Shown: one piece after another, positions 1-6,060 of the stretch | Position numbering within the stretch: position 1 is the first letter of the stretch | Layout: each line of letters opens with the position of its first letter | IMG/VR virus record: IMGVR_UViG_2744054977_000003 | From: a virus | Taxonomy: Duplodnaviria > Heunggongvirae > Uroviricota > Caudoviricetes | DNA length: 6,060 nt | Strand: one strand, 5' to 3' | Program-made: the position numbers and the translations under genes | The notes under the pieces: model-generated | Seen by the model: the letters and a program-made list of their open reading frames with translations, nothing else | What the model was told of the DNA's origin: nothing | Database searches by the model: none

Positions 1-17
1 TCTCTGTGGAGGAGTCC

Positions 18-416
18 ATGACGAAAGATGAACTGATTGCCCGTCTCCGCTCGCTGGGTGAACAACTGAACCGTGATGTCAGCCTGACGGGGACGAAAGA
101 AGAACTGGCGCTCCGTGTGGCAGAGCTGGAAGAGGAGCTTGATGACACGGATGAAACTGCCGGTCAGGACACCCCTCTCAGCCGGGAAAATGTGCTGACC
201 GGACATGAAAATGAGGTGGGATCAGCGCAGCCGGATACCGTGATTCTGGATACGTCTGAACTGGTCACGGTCGTGGCACTGGTGACGCTGCATACTGATG
301 CACTTCACGCCACGCGGGATGAACCTGTGGCATTTGTGCTGCCGGGAACGGCGTTTCGTGTCTCTGCCGGTGTGTCAGCTGAAATGACAGCGCGCGGCCT
401 GGCCAGAATGCAATAA
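18..416 (+). CDS. FI: Head assembly / DNA packaging accessory protein gpFI (lambda-like). The six-frame track starts at GTG 6, but ATG 18 is preferred.
   Basis: Translation from ATG 18 (MTKDELIARLRSLGEQLNRD...GLARMQ) matches my recollection of lambda gpFI (about 132 aa). GGAGG at 9-13 lies just upstream of ATG 18. Stop TAA at 414-416. Sits immediately upstream of FII as in lambda. Confidence 0.88.
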   Translation: MTKDELIARLRSLGEQLNRDVSLTGTKEELALRVAELEEELDDTDETAGQDTPLSRENVLTGHENEVGSAQPDTVILDTSELVTVVALVTLHTDALHATRDEPVAFVLPGTAFRVSAGVSAEMTARGLARMQ

Positions 417-427
417 CGGGAGGCGCT

Positions 428-781
428 GTGGCTGATTTCGATAACCTGTTCGATGCTGCCATTGCCCGCGCCGATGAAACGATACGCGGGTACATGGGAA
501 CGTCAGCCACCATGACATCCGGTGAGCAGTCCGGTGCTGTGATACGTGGTGTTTTTGATGACCCTGAAAATATCAGCTATGCCGGACAGGGCGTGCGCGT
601 TGAAGGCTCCAGCCCGTCCCTGTTTGTCCGGACTGATGAGGTGCGGCAGCTGCGGCGTGGAGACACGCTGACCATCGGTGAGGAAAATTTCTGGGTAGAT
701 CGGGTTTCGCCGGATGATGGCGGAAGTTGTCATCTCTGGCTTGGACGGGGCGTACCGCCTGCCGTTAACCGTCGCCGCTGA
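428..781 (+). CDS. FII: Head completion / head-tail joining protein gpFII (lambda-like), GTG start
   Basis: 117-aa ORF (MADFDNLFDAAIARADETIRGYMGTSAT...) recognised as lambda gpFII. GGGAGG at 418-423 is followed by a 4-nt spacer and GTG 428. Stop TGA at 779-781. Confidence 0.9.
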   Translation: MADFDNLFDAAIARADETIRGYMGTSATMTSGEQSGAVIRGVFDDPENISYAGQGVRVEGSSPSLFVRTDEVRQLRRGDTLTIGEENFWVDRVSPDDGGSCHLWLGRGVPPAVNRRR

Positions 782-792
782 AAGGGGGATGT

Positions 793-1371
793 ATGGCCAT
801 AAAAGGTCTTGAGCAGGCCGTTGAAAACCTCAGCCGTATCAGCAAAACGGCGGTGCCCGGTGCCGCCGCAATGGCCATTAACCGCGTTGCTTCATCCGCG
901 ATATCGCAGTCTGCGTCACAGGTTGCCCGTGAGACAAAGGTACGCCGGAAACTGGTAAAGGAAAGGGCCAGGCTGAAAAGGGCCACGGTCAAAAATCCGC
1001 AGGCCAGAATCAAAGTTAACCGGGGGGATTTGCCCGTAATCAGGCTGGGTAATGCGCGGGTTGTCCTGTCCCGCCGCAGGCGTCGTAAAAAGGGGCAGCG
1101 TTCATCCCTGAAAGGTGGCGGCAGCGTGCTTGTGGTGGGTAACCGTCGTATTCCCGGCGCGTTTATTCAGCAACTGAAAAACGGCCGGTGGCATGTTATG
1201 CAGCGTGTGGCCGGGAAAAACCGTTACCCCATTGATGTGGTGAAAATCCCGATGGCGGTACCGCTGACCACGGCGTTTAAACAAAATATTGAACGGATAC
1301 GGCGTGAACGTCTTCCGAAAGAGCTGGGCTATGCGCTGCAGCATCAACTGAGAATGGTAATAAAGCGATGA
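793..1371 (+). CDS. Z: Tail completion protein gpZ (lambda-like)
   Basis: 192-aa ORF (MAIKGLEQAVENLSRISKTAVPGAAAMAINRV...) recognised as lambda gpZ. G-rich Shine-Dalgarno (GGGGG at 785-789) precedes ATG 793. The stop overlaps the U start (ATGA at 1368-1371). Confidence 0.9.
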   Translation: MAIKGLEQAVENLSRISKTAVPGAAAMAINRVASSAISQSASQVARETKVRRKLVKERARLKRATVKNPQARIKVNRGDLPVIRLGNARVVLSRRRRRKKGQRSSLKGGGSVLVVGNRRIPGAFIQQLKNGRWHVMQRVAGKNRYPIDVVKIPMAVPLTTAFKQNIERIRRERLPKELGYALQHQLRMVIKR

Positions 1372-1763
1372 AACATACTGAACTCCGTGCAGCCGTACTG
1401 GATGCACTGGAGAAGCATGACACCGGGGCGACGCTTTTTGATGGTCGCCCCGCTGTTTTTGATGAGGAAGATTTTCCGGCAATTGCCGTTTATCTCACCG
1501 GCGCTGAATACACGGGCGAAGAGCTGGACAGCGATACCTGGCAGGCGGAGCTGCATATTGAAGTTTTCCTGCCTGCTCAGGTGCCGGATTCAGAGCTGGA
1601 TGCGTGGATGGAGTCCCGGATTTATCCGGTGATGAGCGATATCCCGGCACTGTCAGATTTGATCACCAGTATGGTGGCCAGCGGCTATGACTACCGGCGC
1701 GACGATGATGCGGGCCTGTGGAGTTCAGCCGATCTGACTTATGTCATTACCTATGAAATGTGA
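1368..1763 (+). CDS. U: Tail terminator protein gpU (lambda-like)
   Basis: 131-aa ORF ([48 protein letters not shown]...) recognised as lambda gpU. Start is coupled to the Z stop. Stop TGA at 1761-1763. Confidence 0.9.
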   Translation: MKHTELRAAVLDALEKHDTGATLFDGRPAVFDEEDFPAIAVYLTGAEYTGEELDSDTWQAELHIEVFLPAQVPDSELDAWMESRIYPVMSDIPALSDLITSMVASGYDYRRDDDAGLWSSADLTYVITYEM

Positions 1764-1770
1764 GGACGCT

Positions 1771-2511
1771 ATGCCTGTACCAAATCCTGTAATGCCGGTG
1801 AAAGGTGCCGGGACCACCCTGTGGGTTTATAAGGGAAGCGGTGACCCTTATGCGAATCCGCTTTCAGACGTTGACTGGTCGCGTCTGGCAAAAGTTAAAG
1901 ACCTGACGCCCGGCGAACTGACCGCTGAGTCCTATGACGACAGCTATCTCGATGATGAAGATGCAGACTGGACTGCGACCGGGCAGGGGCAGAAATCTGC
2001 CGGAGATACCAGCTTCACGCTGGCGTGGATGCCCGGAGAGCAGGGGCAGCAGGCGCTGCTGGCGTGGTTTAATGAAGGTGATACCCGTGCCTATAAAATC
2101 CGCTTCCCGAACGGCACGGTCGATGTGTTCCGTGGCTGGGTCAGCAGTATCGGTAAGGCGGTGACGGCGAAGGAAGTGATTACCCGCACGGTGAAGGTCA
2201 CCAATGTGGGACGTCCGTCGATGGCAGAAGATCGCAGCACGGTGACGGCGACAACCGGCATGACCGTGACGCCTGCCAGCACCTCGGTGGTGAAAGGGCA
2301 GAGCACCACGCTGACCGTGGCATTCCAGCCGGAAGGCGCAACCGACAAGAGCTTCCGTGCGGTGTCTGCGGATAAAACAAAAGCCACCGTGTCGGTCAGT
2401 GGTATGACCATCACCGTGAAAGGTGTTGCTGCAGGCAAGGTCAACATTCCGGTCGTATCCGGTAATGGTGAACTTGCTGCGGTTGCAGAAATCACCGTCA
2501 CCGCCAGTTAA
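1771..2511 (+). CDS. V: Major tail tube protein gpV (lambda-like) with C-terminal Ig-like domain. Start placed at ATG 1771, not the upstream in-frame ATG 1741 in the ORF track.
   Basis: Translation from 1771 ([36 protein letters not shown]...) matches the lambda gpV N-terminus as I recall it (246 aa). GAGGA at 1762-1766 with a 4-nt spacer supports ATG 1771. The 1741 start would overlap the U 3' end and has no SD. The C-terminal roughly 90 aa is Thr/Val-rich and beta-strand-like, as in the gpV Big_2 domain. Stop TAA at 2509-2511. Confidence 0.9.
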   Translation: MPVPNPVMPVKGAGTTLWVYKGSGDPYANPLSDVDWSRLAKVKDLTPGELTAESYDDSYLDDEDADWTATGQGQKSAGDTSFTLAWMPGEQGQQALLAWFNEGDTRAYKIRFPNGTVDVFRGWVSSIGKAVTAKEVITRTVKVTNVGRPSMAEDRSTVTATTGMTVTPASTSVVKGQSTTLTVAFQPEGATDKSFRAVSADKTKATVSVSGMTITVKGVAAGKVNIPVVSGNGELAAVAEITVTAS

Positions 2512-2526
2512 TCCGGGGAGTCAGAG

Positions 2527-2949
2527 ATGTTCCTGAAAACCGAATCATTTGAACATAACGGTGTGACCGTCACGCTTTCTGAACTGTCAGCCCTGCAGCG
2601 TATTGAGCATCTTGCCTGGTTGAAAGAGCAGGAAAAAAAGGCTGAATCCAGTGGCAACCTGCAGGTGTCTGTAGAGGAGCTTATCAGAGGCGGGGCGTTT
2701 CTGGTGGCGATGTCTCTGTGGCATAACCATCCACAGAAGACAAAGCTGCCGTCCATGAATGAAGCCATTACGCAGATTGAGCAGGAAGTGCTTACCACCT
2801 GGCCCACGGAGGCAATTGCTCAGGCTGAAAACGTGGTGTTACGTCTGTCCGGAATGTCTGAGTTTGTGGTGAATAATGCCCCTGAACAGACAGAGGACGC
2901 CGGGCCTGCAGAGCCTGTTTCTGCGGGAAAGTTTTCGACGGTGAGCTGA
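2527..2949 (+). CDS. G: Tail assembly chaperone gpG (lambda-like), the zero-frame product
   Basis: 140-aa ORF (MFLKTESFEHNGVTVTLSELSALQRIEHLAWLKEQEKK...PVSAGKFSTVS). GGGGAG at 2515-2520 with a 6-nt spacer precedes ATG 2527. It ends 18 nt after the conserved slippery heptamer. Stop TGA at 2947-2949. Confidence 0.9.
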   Translation: MFLKTESFEHNGVTVTLSELSALQRIEHLAWLKEQEKKAESSGNLQVSVEELIRGGAFLVAMSLWHNHPQKTKLPSMNEAITQIEQEVLTTWPTEAIAQAENVVLRLSGMSEFVVNNAPEQTEDAGPAEPVSAGKFSTVS

Positions 2950-3365
2950 GTTTTGCCCTGAAACTGGCGCGTGAGATGGGGCGACCCGACTGGCGTGCCA
3001 TGCTTGCCGGGATGTCATCCACGGAGTATGCCGACTGGCACCGCTTTTACAGTACCCATTATTTTCATGATGTTCTGCTGGATATGCACTTTTCCGGGCT
3101 GACGTACACCGTGCTCAGCCTGTTTTTCAGCGATCCGGATATGCATCCGCTGGATTTCAGTTTGCTGAACCGGCGTGAGGCTGACGAAGAGCCTGAAGAT
3201 GATGTGCTGATGCAGAAAGCGGCAGGGCTTGCCGGAGGTGTCCGCTTTGGCCCGGACGGGAATGAAGTTATCCCTACTTCCCCGGATGTGGCGGACATGA
3301 CGGAGGATGACGTAATGCTGATGACAGTATCAGAAGGGATCGCAGGAGGAGTCCGGTATGGCTGA
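2527..3365 (+). CDS. T: Tail assembly chaperone gpGT, the fusion made by programmed -1 ribosomal frameshift at G_GGA_AAG (2925-2931). Join is 2527..2931 then 2931..3365, with nt 2931 read twice. Predicted length about 279 aa.
   Basis: The T reading frame is open from the slippery site to TGA 3363-3365 and has no SD-supported start of its own. Reading in the -1 frame from 2925 gives GKVFDGELSFALKLAREMGRPDWRAML..., the lambda gpGT junction sequence. The predicted length agrees with my recollection of lambda gpGT, and the phase relationship is exactly right (G codons start at positions of the form 3k+1, T codons at 3k). Confidence 0.88.
2925..2931 (+). other. Programmed -1 ribosomal frameshift slippery heptamer G_GGA_AAG (recoding signal for gpGT)
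   Basis: Sequence gggaaag at 2925-2931 with GGA (2926-2928) and AAG (2929-2931) as zero-frame codons of G. This is the heptamer known from lambda G-T. Confidence 0.88.
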
Positions 3366-5836
3366 ACCGGTAGGCGATCTGGTCGTTGATTTGAGTCTGG
3401 ATGCGGCCAGATTTGACGAGCAGATGGCCAGAGTCAGGCGTCATTTTTCCGGTACGGAAACTGATGCGAAAAAAACAGCGGCAGTCGTTGAACAGTCGAT
3501 GAACCGGCAGGCGCTGGCTGCACAGAAAGCGGGAATTTCCGTCGGGCAGTATAAAGCCGCCATGCGTATGCTGCCTGCGCAGTTCACCGACGTGGCCACG
3601 CAGCTTGCAGGCGGGCAAAGTCCGTGGCTGATCCTGCTGCAACAGGGGGGTCAGGTGAAGGACTCCTTCGGCGGGATGATCCCCATGTTCCGGGGGCTTG
3701 CCGGTGCGATCACCCTGCCGATGGTGGGGGCCACCTCGCTGGCGGTGGCGACCGGTGCGCTGGCGTATGCCTGGTATCAGGGCAACTCAACCCTGTCCGA
3801 TTTCAACAAAACGCTGGTCCTTTCCGGCAATCAGGCGGGACTGACGGCAGATCGTATGCTGGTCCTGTCCAGAGCCGGGCAGGCGGCAGGGCTGACGTTT
3901 AACCAGACCAGCGAGTCACTGACGGCGCTGGTGAATGCCGGTGTGCGTGGTGGTGAGCAGTTTGAGGCGATCAGCCAGAGTGTGGCGCGTTTCTCCTCTG
4001 CATCCGGCGTGGAGGTGGACAAGGTCGCTGAAGCCTTCGGGAAGCTGACCACAGACCCGACGTCGGGACTGACAGCGATGGCACGTCAGTTCCATAACGT
4101 GACGGCGGAGCAGATTGCGTATGTTGCTCAGTTGCAGCGTTCCGGAGATGAAGCCGGGGCATTGCAGGCGGCGAACGAGGCCGCAACGAAAGGGTTTGAT
4201 GACCAGACCCGCCGCCTGAAAGAGAACATGGGCACGCTGGAGACCTGGGCAGACAGGACAGCACGGGCATTCAAATCCATGTGGGATTCGGTGCTGGATA
4301 TTGGTCGCCCGGACACTGCCCAGGGAATGCTGGAGAAAGCAGAAAAGGCTTTTGATGAGGCGGACAAAAAATGGCAGTGGTATCAGAGCCGGAGCCACCG
4401 GCGCGGTAAAACCTCAGCATTTCTTGCCAATCTCCGGGGAGCATGGGAGGACAGAGCGAATGCGCAACTTGGGCTTTCAGCCGCCACGTTGCAGGCCGAT
4501 CTTGAAAAGGCCAGAGAGATGGCAGCAAAGGACTGGGTCGAGTCTGAGGCATCACGGCTGAAATATACCGAAGAGGCGCAGAAGGCTTACGAACGCCTGC
4601 AGACGCCGCTGGAGAAATATACCGCCCGTCAGGAAGAACTGAATAAGGCACTGAAAGACGGGAAAATCCTGCAGGCAGATTACAACACGCTGATGGCGGC
4701 AGCGAAAAAGGATTATGAAGCGACGCTGAAAAAGCCGAAGCAGTCCGGCGTGAAAGTGTCTGCAGGCGATCGCCAGGAAGACAGTGCTCATGCTGCCCTG
4801 CTGACGCTTCAGGCAGAACTCCGGACGCTGGAGAAGCATGCCGGAGCGAATGAGAAAATCAGCCAGCAGCGCCGGGATTTGTGGAAGGCGGAGAGTCAGT
4901 TCGCTGTACTGGAGGAGGCGGCACAACGTCGCCAGCTGTCCGCACAGGAGAAATCCCTGCTGGCGCATAAAGATGAGACGCTGGAGTACAAACGCCAGCT
5001 GGCTGCACTTGGCGACAAGGTTACGTATCAGGAGCGCCTGAACGCGCTGGCGCAGCAGGCGGATAAATTCGCACAGCAGCAACGGGCAAAACGGGCCGCC
5101 ATTGATGCGAAAAGCCGGGGGCTGACTGACCGGCAGGCAGNNNNNNNNNNNNNNNNNCTGGATGGCAGGCCTGAAGTCCGGCTGGAGTGAGTGGGAAGAG
5201 AGCGCCACGGACAGTATGTCGCAGGTTAAAAGTGCAGCCACGCAGACCTTTGATGGTATTGCGCAGAATATGGCGGCGATGCTGACCGGCAGTGAGCAGA
5301 ACTGGCGCAGCTTCACCCGTTCCGTGCTGTCCATGATGACAGAAATTCTGCTTAAGCAGGCAATGGTGGGGATTGTCGGGAGTATCGGTAGCGCCATTGG
5401 CGGGGCTGTTGGTGGCGGCGCATCCGCATCAGGCGGTACAGCCATTCAGGCAGCTGCGGCGAAATTCCATTTTGCGACCGGAGGATTTACGGGAACCGGC
5501 GGCAAATATGAGCCAGCGGGGATTGTTCACCGTGGTGAATTTGTCTTCACGAAGGAGGCAACCAGCCGGATTGGTGTCGGCAACCTGTACCGCCTGATGC
5601 GGGGCTATGCGGAAGGTGGTTATGTGGGCGGTGCCGGAAGTCCGGCGCAGATGCGGCGGGCTGAAGGCATTAATTTTAATCAGAACAATCACGTGGTGAT
5701 TCAGAACGACGGTACGAATGGTCTGCCAGGTCCACAGATGATGAAGGCAGTGTATGACATGGCCCGCAAGGGTGCCCGTGATGAAATTCAGGCACAGATG
5801 CGCGATGGTGGTCTGTTCTCCGGAGGTGGACGATGA
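3358..5836 (+). CDS. H: Tail tape measure protein gpH (lambda-like), interrupted by a 17-nt N run at 5141-5157 with an apparent frame change across it. Intact gene with an assembly gap or a pseudogene is unresolved.
   Basis: N-terminal piece 3358..5140 (MAEPVGDLVVDLSLDAARFDEQMARVRRHF...GLTDRQA) and C-terminal piece 5159..5836 (WMAGLKSGWSEWEESATDSM...MRDGGLFSGGGR) both match lambda gpH as I recall it. AGGAGGA at 3344-3350 with a 7-nt spacer precedes ATG 3358, which overlaps the T stop. Stop TGA at 5834-5836 overlaps the M start. The upstream piece has codons starting at 3k+1 and the downstream piece at 3k+2. Confidence 0.85.
5141..5157. other. Run of 17 ambiguous bases (N), an assembly gap or masked segment inside gene H
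   Basis: Literal n characters in the sequence. The flanking coding frames are not congruent with a 17-nt spacer. Confidence 0.99.
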
Positions 5837-6060
5837 AGACCTTCCGCTGGAAAGTGAAACCCGGTATGGATGTGGCTTCGGCCCCTTCCGTCAGGAAAGT
5901 GCGCTTTGGTGATGGCTATTCCCAGCGAGCGCCTGCCGGGCTGAATGCCGACCTGAAAACGTACAGCGTGACGCTTTCTGTTCCCCGTTGGGAGGCCACG
6001 GCGCTGGAGTCGTTTCTGGCTGAGCACGGGGGCTGGAAAGCCTTTCTGTGGACGCCGCCT
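5833..6060 (+). CDS. M: Minor tail protein gpM (lambda-like), 5' part only; continues beyond the window end
   Basis: My own translation from ATG 5833: MKTFRWKVKPGMDVASAPSVRKVRFGDGYSQRAPAGLNADLKTYSVTLSVPRWEATALESFLAEHGGWKAFLWTPP, recognised as the lambda gpM N-terminus. GGAGGTGGA at 5822-5830 is upstream. The start overlaps the H stop (ATGA). Absent from the ORF track because there is no stop within the window. Confidence 0.85.
   Translation, partial: MKTFRWKVKPGMDVASAPSVRKVRFGDGYSQRAPAGLNADLKTYSVTLSVPRWEATALESFLAEHGGWKAFLWTPP

Noticed and set aside
6-17. GTG at 6 as the start of FI (136 aa in the ORF track)
   Set aside because: The GGAGG at 9-13 would fall inside the coding sequence rather than upstream. 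ATG 18 gives the recognised gpFI N-terminus MTKDELIARL...
1102-1556. Minus-strand ORFs (126 aa and 70 aa) overlapping the Z/U junction, and an 81-aa + strand alternate-frame ORF inside U (1387-1632)
   Set aside because: They have no start-site support and overlap two recognised genes. Their translations are His/Arg/Cys-rich with no recognisable domain pattern.
1741-1770. Upstream in-frame ATG (1741) giving a 256-aa V as listed in the ORF track
   Set aside because: ATG 1741 lies inside the 3' end of U with no SD. ATG 1771 has GAGGA at the correct spacing and yields the recognised gpV N-terminus MPVPNP...
1934-2501. Nested ORFs within V (76-aa + strand in another frame; 136-aa and 60-aa on the minus strand)
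   Set aside because: They overlap a strongly supported structural gene, have no initiation signals, and have biased Arg/Ser/Cys or Thr/Val compositions that mirror the V codons.
2976-3365. T as an independently initiated 129-aa protein from ATG 2976
   Set aside because: There is no SD upstream of 2976, and the frame is open further upstream to the slippery site. Established biology has T sequence expressed only as the gpGT fusion.
3469-3475. A7 homopolymer in H as a possible slippery site
   Set aside because: In the H frame the run reads GCG AAA AAA ACA. The base before the AAA AAA codons is G and the following codon is ACA, so it does not form an in-phase X_XXY_YYZ heptamer. It is probably just a Lys-Lys codon pair.
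3274-3642. 122-aa minus-strand ORF spanning the T/H junction
   Set aside because: It is antisense to the T 3' end and H 5' end, both tightly constrained coding sequence, and has no RBS. It is judged spurious.
3916-4398. 160-aa and overlapping 99/79/126-aa minus-strand ORFs inside H (3971-4651)
   Set aside because: All are antisense to H, have no RBS support, and have Pro/Arg/Cys/Ser-rich compositions typical of out-of-frame translation.
4552-5445. 297-aa ORF on the minus strand, antisense to H and spanning the N gap
   Set aside because: It lies entirely antisense to a well-supported tape measure gene. Its translation is low-complexity and Cys/Leu/Arg-rich, it contains the XXXXXX gap, and it has no convincing SD or start context. 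It is a typical spurious antisense ORF in GC-rich coding sequence.

Overview
This window is a contiguous, same-strand block of the late morphogenetic operon of a lambda-like (lambdoid) siphovirus or prophage, running from head completion into the tail. All nine genes are on the + strand in the canonical lambda order FI, FII, Z, U, V, G, G-T (frameshift fusion), H, M. Gene names are assigned from my recollection of the lambda proteins; no database search was run. Genes are tightly packed (intergenic gaps of 15 nt or less, several overlapping stop/start codons), consistent with one polycistronic late transcript and leaving no room for internal promoters or terminators. Two things need attention. 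First, the G-T programmed -1 frameshift site (G_GGA_AAG at 2925-2931) is present and in the correct frame. Second, a 17-nt run of N (5141-5157) sits inside the tape measure gene H and the reading frame differs on its two sides, so the gap does not represent its true length and H intactness cannot be judged. I do not see evidence of a novel or undescribed system here: every long ORF is accounted for by a canonical lambda tail or head-completion gene, and the antisense or nested ORFs in the six-frame track look spurious. The findings are therefore modest: a second in-frame slippery heptamer in G, an Ig-like C-terminal domain on V, a duplicated motif at the T C-terminus, and the architecture of H.
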